Positions 17,300 to 27,010 of a stretch of 64,000 nt of DNA are shown here, in pieces; the stretch's first letter is position 1; the number at the start of each line of letters is the position of its first letter. Under the pieces are notes generated by a model. That model was not told the DNA's origin. It ran no database searches and worked only from the letters and a program-made list of their open reading frames with translations. Source of the DNA: a virus (lineage: Duplodnaviria > Heunggongvirae > Uroviricota > Caudoviricetes); IMG/VR virus record IMGVR_UViG_2595698394_000001, positions 81,866 through 145,865 of that record; one strand, given 5' to 3'. Position numbers and translations under genes: made by a program.

Positions 17300-17704
17300 A
17301 TGTATATAAAAGCAACTAAAATAGATAGGGAGTTAAATGAACAGGCCCAACTAAAGTACAAAGAATTTATTGGCCAAACCCTAAACCCTATAGAAAGGGG
17401 GCAAATTGCAGATGAAGAAGGCAGGACCAGTAAGTGGTATGAGGACTTAAATATTCCAGTTCCAGAAGAACTTAAGCCTAAAAATTCTAAGCCTTTACCT
17501 TCAAGTATATCTTTTGATGCTGTAGCTGATTACGATATAAAAAGGGTCCAAGTACAAATTAACTTAAATGAGGTCGAAGAGTTTGAAAGGGTAATAGGGG
17601 AAGAAGGTATTGAAGATTATACAGTAGTAATATACAAAAGTGGAAGAGAAATAACAATTGACGAGGAAGTGAATAGTCATGACCTCAATTCTAAATTAAA
17701 TTAA
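17300..17704 (+). CDS. Hypothetical protein (134 aa)
   Basis: ORF track. Confidence 0.5.
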   Translation: MYIKATKIDRELNEQAQLKYKEFIGQTLNPIERGQIADEEGRTSKWYEDLNIPVPEELKPKNSKPLPSSISFDAVADYDIKRVQVQINLNEVEEFERVIGEEGIEDYTVVIYKSGREITIDEEVNSHDLNSKLN

Positions 17705-17711
17705 ATAAAAG

Positions 17712-18482
17712 ATGGCAGCAAATAATGGGTCAACAGGACCAAACCAAAACTTCTATAACATAGCTTATGGAATGTTTAAATCAAAGTTTAAAAATAAACC
17801 AGAGGACAAAGAGGAAATATCCTTAACAGAGCTTAAGAGAAAAACATTAGCAGTAGAAAATGTAGATCTTAGAAAACTTTATGTAAAAGGAGAAGGTGAT
17901 TATCCTTATGCAGAGTTTTTCAGTTCTATATCAGGTAAAATTCTTAGTGTAGAAAAAGACGTTTACGATCAAGGAATATCTCTTAAAATAACCATTTTAG
18001 ACTTAGATAACGAGCAGAGTGTTCTTACAACAAGTTTCTATGGTAAGGTAGCTTCTAACTTAATGAATAGATTAGTAGCCTTAGAGTCAACTACAGACAT
18101 AGTAACTTTTAATCCTTATGCGGTTCCTGATAATTACGAAGGTAGAGCTTTTTACCAGTCTGGTGTAGTTTTATACCAAAATGATAAGAAGGTTCTAACT
18201 AAGTTTAAGCAGACAGATGGTTTGCCTAGTTCTGAGAGAGTTCAAGATGCTCAAGGTAAAGAAGTAACTTCTAGAGTTAAACAAAATAACTTTCTTTGGT
18301 TACATTTAGAGCCTATGTTTGCAAAAGAAGAAGCTAAGTTTAATGCACCTCCTGCACAGACTAACACAGCTCCTGCACAGACTAACACAGCTCCTGCACA
18401 GACTAACACAGCTCCTGCACAGACTAACACAGCTCCTGCACAGACTAACACAGCTGAAGAAGACGACGACTTACCTTTTTAA
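17712..18482 (+). CDS. SSB-like protein: N-terminal domain, (APAQTNT)x5 linker, acidic tip EEDDDLPF
   Basis: C-terminal DDDLPF mirrors the bacterial SSB tip DDDIPF; repetitive linker precedes it. Confidence 0.5.
   Translation: MAANNGSTGPNQNFYNIAYGMFKSKFKNKPEDKEEISLTELKRKTLAVENVDLRKLYVKGEGDYPYAEFFSSISGKILSVEKDVYDQGISLKITILDLDNEQSVLTTSFYGKVASNLMNRLVALESTTDIVTFNPYAVPDNYEGRAFYQSGVVLYQNDKKVLTKFKQTDGLPSSERVQDAQGKEVTSRVKQNNFLWLHLEPMFAKEEAKFNAPPAQTNTAPAQTNTAPAQTNTAPAQTNTAPAQTNTAEEDDDLPF
18351..18455 (+). repeat. Five perfect tandem copies of a 21-nt unit cctgcacagactaacacagct (in-frame, inside 17712..18482)
   Basis: Direct reading; unit boundaries at 18351/18372/18393/18414/18435. Confidence 0.9.
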
Positions 18483-18531
18483 ACAAATTACTAATATGCC
18501 CCTCTAACTATGAGGGGCTTAATTCCAAAAA

Positions 18532-19107
18532 ATGAAAGTAGTAGAAGACAAAGAAAATAAAGAAGAGAAAAAAGATTACACTAAGTACACTTTTGAAGAT
18601 AACACTGCTTTATCTATAGATACTAGTTTATATGCACACCTTTTACAAGGAATGCAAAAGCTAGTAGAGGAGTATGAGTACCAACATGATAAATATAAAG
18701 TAGTATCTAATTTACTTTTTGCTTATTTACAGAAAGAAAAAGTAGATGAGAACAACGTATCTTTAAAGTATAGCATTTTTGAATATTGTAATGATACTTT
18801 GAAAGGTTTGTTCGACAAAGAGTTGATTACGCTAGTACCTTTGAAATTCGATATCGTAAATACAGATACAGATAAAGTAGTAGCTAAAAAAGTAAAAGGT
18901 AAGAACTATAAGGATGTATTTAGTGTAGCTAAAACAGCTAGTTCCGAAAATCTTTCAAGCCAATATTTATCAGCTAATGGTCAAGTTATTCTAAGAATGT
19001 TAGATGCTTTACAAGGTGTATATATAGCTAACGTGGATTTAGGTAACGGTATAACCTTAGAAGACTTAGCTGCTAAAACAAAAGAGACGAAAGATGGAAA
19101 CAACTAA
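18532..19107 (+). CDS. Hypothetical protein (191 aa)
   Basis: ORF track. Confidence 0.5.
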   Translation: MKVVEDKENKEEKKDYTKYTFEDNTALSIDTSLYAHLLQGMQKLVEEYEYQHDKYKVVSNLLFAYLQKEKVDENNVSLKYSIFEYCNDTLKGLFDKELITLVPLKFDIVNTDTDKVVAKKVKGKNYKDVFSVAKTASSENLSSQYLSANGQVILRMLDALQGVYIANVDLGNGITLEDLAAKTKETKDGNN

Positions 19108-19450
19108 ACAGGATTTTGTACAGGAAGCTTTAGAAGAAGAATTTCTTTCTCAAACACCTTTAATCGAAAAAAAAGAGGAACCTCTTGTTATACAAACTAA
19201 CTTTGAAAAAAGCCTAGAGCTTTTTAAAAAGATACAGTTTCATAAGTCAGGTCTTAAATTAATCAAGGACAGGCTAGGTAATAAATGTAGTTACCTATCC
19301 TGGACAAGAAATGGTAATGATTATGGGATTAAGGCTATAATCAGTGGGAAAGAAATAGAAGTTGTTTTAGGAGGTACTCCTGATGATGTTGGATACGAAG
19401 AGTATGAAAGTCTTTTCGAAAAATTAAATGTGTATGGCAAAGAAAATTAG
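19094..19450 (+). CDS. Hypothetical protein (118 aa)
   Basis: ORF track. Confidence 0.5.
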   Translation: METTKQDFVQEALEEEFLSQTPLIEKKEEPLVIQTNFEKSLELFKKIQFHKSGLKLIKDRLGNKCSYLSWTRNGNDYGIKAIISGKEIEVVLGGTPDDVGYEEYESLFEKLNVYGKEN

Positions 19451-19628
19451 TAGAGAGGCTAGAGAAATGTATTTAATCTTTTTAGATGCAGGTATATTTG
19501 AAGATGAGAACTGTGATTACAAAGGTATGGTAGGAGACTACGATAAAGATATAGATTCTTTTGCATCACAGTGGGGAAAAATAAATAAGAAGATAAAGGA
19601 TATTAACATTAAATCAGAGGAAGTTTGA
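19428..19628 (+). CDS. Hypothetical protein (66 aa)
   Basis: ORF track. Confidence 0.4.
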   Translation: MCMAKKISREAREMYLIFLDAGIFEDENCDYKGMVGDYDKDIDSFASQWGKINKKIKDINIKSEEV

Positions 19629-19945
19629 GAATAAAGTCACTAGATATGATTTGGGTCAAAACCCGAACAAAGAAACAAACAGATACAGGGATTATTTTAG
19701 GAGCAGGGCAATCTTGGAGTAGCAGATTAAAAGGTAATTTTTTTGAAGCTGAAGTGATTATAATTGGGTCCTCGATCCCTAAAGAGCTTTTAGGGGATAA
19801 AGATGGAACTTTAGAAGTAGGAGATACTATTTTTATACAAAAATGGAGTGACGAGATAGAGTGGCAAAGAGCTATTGTGGTAGACAACGAAGAGTTTCTG
19901 CTTCTAAGTACTCACGATATTCTTGGATTTGAAAAGAAAAAGTAA
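19625..19945 (+). CDS. GroES / T4 gp31-like co-chaperonin
   Basis: IKSLDMIWVK...TDTGIIL...LEVGDTIFI...EEFLLLSTHDILGFE aligns with GroES IRPLHDRVIVK...SAGGIVL...VKVGDIVIF...EEVLIMSESDILAIVE. Confidence 0.65.
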   Translation: MRIKSLDMIWVKTRTKKQTDTGIILGAGQSWSSRLKGNFFEAEVIIIGSSIPKELLGDKDGTLEVGDTIFIQKWSDEIEWQRAIVVDNEEFLLLSTHDILGFEKKK

Positions 19946-19947
19946 TA

Positions 19948-20163
19948 ATGGCAAAAAAGAATAGTCCTATACCTAGTAGAGATTCTGAGGTAATGTTACT
20001 CTTAGACACATTTCTTAAAGATAAGTGTCAAACTATAGATAAAGACTATAGCCCTGATAAGGTTACTGCCATAACGTTTGAAGGGAGTGACCTAGTACAA
20101 AATTTTTTCTTAAACGGGAAGGATTATATAATGACAATTGACTGGAGATTAGTTCAGGAATAA
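19948..20163 (+). CDS. Hypothetical protein (71 aa)
   Basis: ORF track. Confidence 0.45.
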   Translation: MAKKNSPIPSRDSEVMLLLDTFLKDKCQTIDKDYSPDKVTAITFEGSDLVQNFFLNGKDYIMTIDWRLVQE

Positions 20164-20230
20164 TTAAAAGGCCTACAAATAAGTAGGTCTTTTTTTGTTT
20201 TACAAATATTTTTAATTTATCTTTGTTAAG

Positions 20231-20551
20231 ATGAAAAGATATAGTTTTTATTTAGAGAATAGTAAGTGGTATGTGTCTATGCCTGAATGGTTAGGAGACA
20301 AAGAAGACCTAGAGATGGTGTGTGGAGCTGATACAATGCTGGATATAATTAGCCAAGGTCAGGCCTCAGCCTCTGTAGTTATTAGTGAGGAACCTTTTGA
20401 AGGTTATACTAATCACCTAAAGCTAGTAGATGAAAGTAATGGAGGAGGAGACTATATACTAATAAGTGAGTTCTCATCTTTTGAGGTTTGGTTGTGTTCA
20501 GTAGTAAAATTTGTTTATGGTAAAATACCTAATAATTTATATTTAAGATGA
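20231..20551 (+). CDS. Hypothetical protein (106 aa)
   Basis: ORF track. Confidence 0.5.
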   Translation: MKRYSFYLENSKWYVSMPEWLGDKEDLEMVCGADTMLDIISQGQASASVVISEEPFEGYTNHLKLVDESNGGGDYILISEFSSFEVWLCSVVKFVYGKIPNNLYLR

Positions 20552-20805
20552 AAGAATTTAAAGTAACTCAGAATTATGGTAAAGGTACAAAGGCCTTTCT
20601 CTACTTTAGTGTAGTAGGAGTGCCACACCTTGATTTAGTGGAGAGAATTGCAATTAAAAAGGCAAAAGAAGACTGGAAGAAAGTAAAATCAGGGCCTACA
20701 TTTTTTAGTACTCCAGAGAAAGCAAGACCAACTATAAAAGTAGAAGAAGTAATAGAAGGTAAAAAAGTAAAAAATGGTATTAATTTTAAATGTAAGTGGA
20801 GATGA
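20548..20805 (+). CDS. Hypothetical protein (85 aa)
   Basis: ORF track; 4-nt overlap. Confidence 0.5.
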   Translation: MKEFKVTQNYGKGTKAFLYFSVVGVPHLDLVERIAIKKAKEDWKKVKSGPTFFSTPEKARPTIKVEEVIEGKKVKNGINFKCKWR

Positions 20806-21044
20806 TAAAATACTATCCTAAAAATACTTCTAGTGCACCAGAAAGGTACAAGTCAAGAATGTTACACGGCATGGATGTAATTGATTTAGTTAAGTTTTGG
20901 GATTTAGACTTTAATGAGGGAAATATACTAAAGTACTTATTAAGAGATAAAGGTGAAGACATCAGTGACATGGATAAGATAGCTGATTACGCAACAAGAC
21001 AATCAAACCATTTAAAAAAAGTAGAAGATGATAGTAGAAAATAG
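20796..21044 (+). CDS. Hypothetical protein (82 aa)
   Basis: ORF track. Confidence 0.45.
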   Translation: MEMIKYYPKNTSSAPERYKSRMLHGMDVIDLVKFWDLDFNEGNILKYLLRDKGEDISDMDKIADYATRQSNHLKKVEDDSRK

Positions 21045-21486
21045 ATTAGTAAAAGATAAAACGTTTGCAACCAGGTTCTATTCGTTTGTAAAAGATATGA
21101 GGGGCAACTGTGCTTGCTCTGAGGAGGAAGTAGAATCCATGCAGAGTTATGCTAAGGAACTTCTAAAATTACAATGCACTACAGCAACGGATAAAGATGA
21201 AATATTATATTTAAAAAGAGTTGGTGTATATGATGAGTTTTCCAAACCTATTTTAACGACTTATGATAAAATAAAAGTTTATGACCCTAATAAGATAATA
21301 TTCACTTGCTTAAAAAATCCAGATGTTAATGACGATCTTATATCTGTATTGGCATCCAAGCCATTAAAACCTAACAGAGTCTACTTTAGTGATAGATCAC
21401 ACGCATATGTCTATCTTGAATTAAACAAGATTCAATTCTCTAAAAAGGATATGATAGCTTGGGCAGAAAAACAAAAGAATGTTTAA
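21028..21486 (+). CDS. Hypothetical protein (152 aa)
   Basis: ORF track. Confidence 0.5.
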   Translation: MIVENRLVKDKTFATRFYSFVKDMRGNCACSEEEVESMQSYAKELLKLQCTTATDKDEILYLKRVGVYDEFSKPILTTYDKIKVYDPNKIIFTCLKNPDVNDDLISVLASKPLKPNRVYFSDRSHAYVYLELNKIQFSKKDMIAWAEKQKNV

Positions 21487-21661
21487 GGAGTGGCTAGTAA
21501 GAAACTTTGTGGTTTTAACTACAGAGCAAGCTAAAGAAAAAGGACTTAAATTTACATTTAATGTTTATGGTGATAAAATAAATACACTAAATTGTAGAAG
21601 TGTCTGGGAGAATGATAAAGGTAAAAAATATAGAGTACAAGAGTTATGGGAAAAGTATTAG
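21479..21661 (+). CDS. Hypothetical protein (60 aa)
   Basis: ORF track. Confidence 0.35.
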   Translation: MFKEWLVRNFVVLTTEQAKEKGLKFTFNVYGDKINTLNCRSVWENDKGKKYRVQELWEKY

Positions 21662-22005
21662 TAAACACAAGTTGTATAGAGTCAGCATATTTGACTAGGG
21701 AAAAGTCTACAGAGTATTTGTTTATGCCTGAGGTTAAGAAAAAATCTTTTTTTAGCAGAAAAGAGAAAATACTATACAAAGCAGGGTACTGGGAATATGG
21801 AGAGTATAGGGATGGCCTCTTTAATTTTTATGAAACTATTCCTGATGAGTATACAGAAAAAAATGGTAGGCTAATAGCTAAAGCTAAAGTAGAAGGATAT
21901 ACAGGAAAACACTTAATATTTAGAAAACGATTTTCCTCTAATAGAGAAGCAGAACTTTTCTGTAGTACTCATTTATCTAATTTAAATCTAACATTCGAAA
22001 ACTAA
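21646..22005 (+). CDS. Hypothetical protein (119 aa)
   Basis: ORF track. Confidence 0.5.
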   Translation: MGKVLVNTSCIESAYLTREKSTEYLFMPEVKKKSFFSRKEKILYKAGYWEYGEYRDGLFNFYETIPDEYTEKNGRLIAKAKVEGYTGKHLIFRKRFSSNREAELFCSTHLSNLNLTFEN

Positions 22006-22009
22006 TAAT

Positions 22010-22393
22010 ATGAATCAAAACGATACACCTTACCATGAACTGTTTTTATCAATTAAAGGAGCAGACGATTATTGGCCAGTAGAGGAAAGAGAGGAAGTTC
22101 TATCTCTAGTTAAAAAATTGCACGATAGAGAGCAAGATAGGTTAGCAGAAGAAGATGAGGAAGGAAAATATGGTCTTAGGTACAAGACTATACATGATGA
22201 CTCTAGATTTTCTGATACTCATGAACAATTCTTCTCCAGTAAGAGTAAGAGGGAGAAAGTCTTCTTAGATTGGAAGAAAGGTGTTACTTGGGATAGCATT
22301 TTTGAGACTGAACTAGAGTACCCTACTCCAGGAGGCAATTTTCACGGGATGGTGAAAATATTTAAAGAGGGAACTAAAACATATGAAGAATGA
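22010..22393 (+). CDS. Hypothetical protein (127 aa)
   Basis: ORF track. Confidence 0.5.
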   Translation: MNQNDTPYHELFLSIKGADDYWPVEEREEVLSLVKKLHDREQDRLAEEDEEGKYGLRYKTIHDDSRFSDTHEQFFSSKSKREKVFLDWKKGVTWDSIFETELEYPTPGGNFHGMVKIFKEGTKTYEE

Positions 22394-22647
22394 GTAAATA
22401 TAAGAAAAAGCTTAAGGCCTTCTTAGAGGGGCTTGAGATGCAAGATATAGATAGTTTATTAGAGAAAGATGCAAGTGCTTTTAAATTCTTAGGAGAAGTG
22501 ATGGCCGTTAGGGTAAAAATCAAACAGGAGAGTTTTGACAAAGTATATAGTGTAGGTATTGATCCTATAACTGAAGGTACTAGTTTTGGTACCTGTAACT
22601 GTGGAATCACATGTGTAAATAAAAGTAATTGTAGATGGAGGAGTTAA
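22390..22647 (+). CDS. Hypothetical protein (85 aa)
   Basis: ORF track. Confidence 0.45.
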   Translation: MSKYKKKLKAFLEGLEMQDIDSLLEKDASAFKFLGEVMAVRVKIKQESFDKVYSVGIDPITEGTSFGTCNCGITCVNKSNCRWRS

Positions 22648-23072
22648 AAGAACTAATAGCAAAAGCGTGGGCAGAGTTAATAGGGGATGTATATATTTTG
22701 TACAGACATTCAATAGACTCAGAGGGATGGTTAGAAGTAAATGAAAGTGATTATCGCTTTCAATATAATACTTCTATAGCTGGTAGGTGGAGTGGTAAAG
22801 GGTACAATCCACTAGCAAAAGGGAAAAGGACTCAAAACAAACTGTATGTCAGGCCTAAAAGTATAGATAAAATAATGCTTAATAATGGATGGACAGTTTT
22901 AAATAGTAGAGATGACCTCCCAACTGAAGAAGGGAGTTTTTACACAGTAGTAGACACTGAGGGAAGAATAGTAGAATATCACTACAAAGAAACTGAGCAG
23001 CTAAAAAAATATTGGCTTGAAAATTTTACCCATTATAAGAAAGTAGTCCCTCTTAAGCCTCCTTTATGGTAA
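22635..23072 (+). CDS. Hypothetical protein (145 aa)
   Basis: ORF track. Confidence 0.5.
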   Translation: MEELKELIAKAWAELIGDVYILYRHSIDSEGWLEVNESDYRFQYNTSIAGRWSGKGYNPLAKGKRTQNKLYVRPKSIDKIMLNNGWTVLNSRDDLPTEEGSFYTVVDTEGRIVEYHYKETEQLKKYWLENFTHYKKVVPLKPPLW

Positions 23073-23251
23073 GGTTAAACAAAAATATATTATATAACTA
23101 GTAATTAAATTTAACATAAGAAAATAATTTAATATGATATATTGGAATATTAAAACTCCAAAACGACTATTTGCTAGTTGTATATGGAATTTAAGTGAAT
23201 ACTTTGAATTTGGACTTGGAAGATATGGTCCTATTGTTTTTGGATGGATGA

Positions 23252-23674
23252 TTGGATCTAATGGAAATAAAAAATAAAATAATGAAAACACTCCTAACCA
23301 TATTAACCATTTTAATGCTATTATCCTGTGGAAAGCACGAAACACAATACGAAGAACTAAACATGTCTTTTACAGTTCCTACGTTCTTAGATAAGTGTGG
23401 GGAGCCTGTAGAAGCGATATTAGTAATTAACGGTGTATTGCATCAATCAAAATTAAATGCGATCTCAGGAGGTTGGAAAATGGATGGCATACTAGTGGAA
23501 GATGGAAAAAGCACAATTACAAAACTAGTATTAATAGACAAACAGGGAACAGAACTATACACCGCTGTAGGATATATGGATAGATACCGATTTGATTTGA
23601 TTAACGATAGCAATCCAATGAGGGTATCAAGATATACTAAGATAGGTGTTGGAGTGGCTGTAATTTGTTTATGA
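23252..23674 (+). CDS. Putative lipoprotein (140 aa)
   Basis: Signal peptide + lipobox LLSCG. Confidence 0.5.
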   Translation: MDLMEIKNKIMKTLLTILTILMLLSCGKHETQYEELNMSFTVPTFLDKCGEPVEAILVINGVLHQSKLNAISGGWKMDGILVEDGKSTITKLVLIDKQGTELYTAVGYMDRYRFDLINDSNPMRVSRYTKIGVGVAVICL

Positions 23675-23687
23675 AAATTTAATTAAA

Positions 23688-23978
23688 ATGACAATAGAAG
23701 AACTGATAGCAAGCAAAACAAAAACGATGACTGATTTGGGTGGAAAGAAAACAAAAGTTCTCTACCTTAAAGATGAAAGTGAAATAGAAGACTTTAAAAA
23801 TCAATTACTTATGTATAGTGTTAGCGACACGTTTAAGGATTTTTACAAGCCTACGTTTGAGCAATTTATTAAAGGCAGCAAACTGACCCAAGGTGTTGAT
23901 GGAAAGTATTTTTATGAAGATAGCCTTTACACTTACGCTCAATTGTTTTGTAAATACAAAAAATTATTCGACTTATAA
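23688..23978 (+). CDS. Hypothetical protein (96 aa)
   Basis: ORF track. Confidence 0.5.
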   Translation: MTIEELIASKTKTMTDLGGKKTKVLYLKDESEIEDFKNQLLMYSVSDTFKDFYKPTFEQFIKGSKLTQGVDGKYFYEDSLYTYAQLFCKYKKLFDL

Positions 23979-24246
23979 ACTTAAATTATGACAACAACAT
24001 TATTTTGGATAGGACTGATATTAGTGGTAATAGTATGCAGTAAACTTAAACTCGTAAAGTCTCCAGACTATAGAGATAAAGTAGAGGAAGATGATTGGCT
24101 GGTATAAAAAAGCCTTCCCTAAATAAACAGAGAAGGCTCAAAACTAACTAACCAAAATGAATAGCCAACGCTCAAAGATAAATATAAACAAGCGATTTAT
24201 GAAAATAATTTCGTAAATTTGATAAAATAATTAAAAATTAAGTAAG

Positions 24247-24438
24247 ATGAAATTAGATATTAAAGAAAACAAGCCTAAAAAAGAGGAAGTTATATTGTTT
24301 AAAGATAAGCTTTCAACACATCCAGAAGTTGGAATTTATCAAGAGTTTGATGATGTTTGTAAAGTGTATGTAATTAGCTGCGATGATGTTGCTGACTTAG
24401 ATACTATTGATTGGTGGATGAAAATACCTCAAGATTAA
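24247..24438 (+). CDS. Hypothetical protein (63 aa)
   Basis: ORF track. Confidence 0.4.
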   Translation: MKLDIKENKPKKEEVILFKDKLSTHPEVGIYQEFDDVCKVYVISCDDVADLDTIDWWMKIPQD

Positions 24439-24648
24439 TATGGCGTACATGGTAAAAAGCAAATTAACAAGCTAACTAAATGAAAATATTTAAAAGAATA
24501 AAATCAGGAGTTTTAAAAGGATACACAATAAGAGTATCTAAAAATGGATGGTATGATTTATATTCAGAAAATGGAATAAGCCAAAGTAGTAAAAAAAATA
24601 CACTTGAAGAAATAGAAAGCGTAATTAACAAACTAACAAGTAAGTGAT

Positions 24649-24870
24649 ATGACTGATATAATGAATGGTGGAATAATAGCTAACATATTAAAATATATTC
24701 AAGATAAAGGTGGTATATTGAAAAAAGAGGACGAAGAATTTATGAATAAAATGCTTGACTTACCTAAAAATGAATGGATTTCTCTAGATGCTAATGGCGA
24801 ACCCATAACACAAAAACAAGCAAATGAAGAGTTTATGTCTGAATTAACTAAATACAGACATATAAAATAG
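24649..24870 (+). CDS. Hypothetical protein (73 aa)
   Basis: ORF track. Confidence 0.45.
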   Translation: MTDIMNGGIIANILKYIQDKGGILKKEDEEFMNKMLDLPKNEWISLDANGEPITQKQANEEFMSELTKYRHIK

Positions 24871-24885
24871 GGTAATTTATAAAAC

Positions 24886-25095
24886 ATGAAAAACGCACCT
24901 CTATCCGATTTAATACTACTTCTATTTATAGGTTTAAAGCTTACTAATGAAATAGATTGGAATTGGATATTAGTGTTATCTCCTTTTATATTAAAGGTCA
25001 TATACTTAACTTATGTAGATTTTAAAAGAAACAAGGTTAAGCCAAAGGATAAGATTAAAGAATTAATTAATAATATTAACAAACAACAAAACTAA
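24886..25095 (+). CDS. Small membrane protein, 2 predicted TM segments (69 aa)
   Basis: Hydrophobic stretches LILLLFIGLKL and WILVLSPFILKVIYL. Confidence 0.45.
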   Translation: MKNAPLSDLILLLFIGLKLTNEIDWNWILVLSPFILKVIYLTYVDFKRNKVKPKDKIKELINNINKQQN

Positions 25096-25096
25096 G

Positions 25097-25291
25097 ATGG
25101 AATACATAAGCGTAAAAGAAAGATTACCAGAAAACAATAGATTCAGACACGTTATTTGTAGAGATGGAGCTAATATAGGTTTTTATTGTGATGCCGGGAA
25201 AAACTGGTTTAATAGACAGAATACTTTTGTTTACAATGTCGTATCATGGCAAGAACTACCAGATGAAGTAGAAGTAAATATATCAATGTAA
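25097..25291 (+). CDS. Hypothetical protein (64 aa)
   Basis: ORF track. Confidence 0.4.
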   Translation: MEYISVKERLPENNRFRHVICRDGANIGFYCDAGKNWFNRQNTFVYNVVSWQELPDEVEVNISM

Positions 25292-25330
25292 TGAAACTAC
25301 TATCTAACGGTAAATTTTACAAGTAAACAT

Positions 25331-26122
25331 ATGAAATATTTTTTAGACACAGAATTTATAGAAGGAACCCAAAAGAAAAAAATACTTGGAATACCTTACG
25401 GAGAAACACAAAATACTATAGACTTGATCTCTATTGGAATTGTATCTGAAGACAAAAGAGAGTATTACGCTATATCAAAAGACTTCAACATTAAAGAAGC
25501 CTGGAATAGATATCAAATAAAGGAAGTCCGTGGTAGTGATTATTGGGATGAGGTAAAAGAATATTGGATAAGAGAAAATGTTCTTAAGCCAATATTTGAT
25601 GAAATGGAATTTTGGTACCGTAGGGATTTTCAATGGAGACTAAAAGAAGAAGGGGAGTACATCTATTCTAAAAAAGCTAAGTTCACTCTCAATCAATTTA
25701 AATACCTATTATCTGTATATGGAAAGACCAATAAGGAGATAGCTAAGGAAGTAATAGACTTTTGTAGTGGATTTGAAGGGGATTTTAATCAAGTAATGGA
25801 TGATAACATACAATTTTACGCATATTACTGTTCTTACGACTGGGTAGTATTTTGCTGGTTATTTGGAAAGATGATTGACTTACCAAAAGGATTTCCAAAG
25901 TACTGTAACGATCTTAAAGTTATGTTAAATGATATAGCGGCCAGAAGAGATTTACAATTAGCAGTTAATGACAGTATCCCATTAAAAGGGATAGATCAAT
26001 TAGAATTACACCCTGATTACCCTAAAAAAGAAGGAGAACACAATGCACTACAGGATGCTTGGTGGGACTTCAGATTATATAACTTTATAAACAAAGTAAG
26101 TAAACAAGATGACAAAATTTAG
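25331..26122 (+). CDS. DEDDh (DnaQ-like) 3'-5' exonuclease
   Basis: Exo I FLDTEF, C-terminal Exo III HNALQDAW. Confidence 0.6.
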   Translation: MKYFLDTEFIEGTQKKKILGIPYGETQNTIDLISIGIVSEDKREYYAISKDFNIKEAWNRYQIKEVRGSDYWDEVKEYWIRENVLKPIFDEMEFWYRRDFQWRLKEEGEYIYSKKAKFTLNQFKYLLSVYGKTNKEIAKEVIDFCSGFEGDFNQVMDDNIQFYAYYCSYDWVVFCWLFGKMIDLPKGFPKYCNDLKVMLNDIAARRDLQLAVNDSIPLKGIDQLELHPDYPKKEGEHNALQDAWWDFRLYNFINKVSKQDDKI

Positions 26123-26375
26123 AAAGAAACCAGTAGTAATAGATGCAATAAAATTTACCAGAAATACATTTGATGAGGTAAAAGCATTTACAGAAGGACA
26201 AGCGCATACTTTATCTATTGAAAGAAGTATAAATGGTAAGTGTACATGTGTAATACCTACATTAGAAGGTCCTATGACCGCTTCTGAGAATGATTGGATT
26301 ATAAAAGGAGTAAGTGGAGAGTTCTACCCTTGCAAACCTGATATATTCGAAAAGACCTATGAGGAAGTAGGATAA
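26109..26375 (+). CDS. Hypothetical protein (88 aa)
   Basis: ORF track. Confidence 0.45.
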   Translation: MTKFRKKPVVIDAIKFTRNTFDEVKAFTEGQAHTLSIERSINGKCTCVIPTLEGPMTASENDWIIKGVSGEFYPCKPDIFEKTYEEVG

Positions 26376-26628
26376 TATCATTTCAGAAAATTTTGTATGT
26401 ACGCCCTCCAGACAAGGTACCCTAGCAGAAGACCTCCCCCCGTTCTTCGACTTTTCGGATACCCCCTGGGGTCAGGACCAATTGACTTTTTCCATGCCTT
26501 AGATCTCTTTAAAATGAGTCTAGGGCTTTTTTATTTTTACTACTTATAAACTCACTCTATTTAGTTACTATTTAAACTAGTTTAGGAGTATAGATATATT
26601 TTATGTTTTAGAAACTGTATATTTATTT

Positions 26629-26643
26629 ATATATATATATATA
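26629..26643. repeat. (TA)n microsatellite in an AT-rich intergenic region, followed by gttaaaatt direct repeats
   Basis: Direct reading. Confidence 0.8.
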
Positions 26644-26766
26644 GGGCTTACTTATATTTTAATTGCAAAATGTTAAAATTGTTAAAATTTTGTTAAGAAT
26701 AGTTTAGTATCGATTTTGTTTAGATATCTTTGTCAAAGAATTAATTAACCCACTAAATTTAATACT

Positions 26767-26991
26767 ATGCAAGTACTAACATTAACACACTTAATTATTA
26801 AAATAGAAGCGCTACCAATTAAAGAACGTTTAATTGAACTTAACACTTTAGAAGAAATTAAGACAAAGGAAATTGAACGCTGTGAGTGCTCACCGTTACC
26901 CTTTATGCGTGGCAACGTTAATAATTTAAAGGCAGAACGTATGGAAATTAGAAGGGCTATAAATACAGCTAAAAACTTAACAATATATTAA
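26767..26991 (+). CDS. Hypothetical protein (74 aa)
   Basis: ORF track; TAtcTTTG promoter-like box ~25 nt upstream. Confidence 0.45.
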   Translation: MQVLTLTHLIIKIEALPIKERLIELNTLEEIKTKEIERCECSPLPFMRGNVNNLKAERMEIRRAINTAKNLTIY

Positions 26992-27010
26992 TATAATAAT
27001 ACTTACAACT

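Noticed and set aside
18251-18507. ORFs 18251..18451 (-) and 18319..18507 (+) with repetitive translations
   Set aside because: They are alternative-frame and antisense translations of the 21-nt tandem repeat inside the SSB-like gene.
24108-24140. Hairpin agccttc...gaaggct after the small ORF at 23988-24107
   Set aside because: The T-run lies on the minus strand only, and there are no minus-strand genes nearby, so it is not a confident plus-strand terminator.
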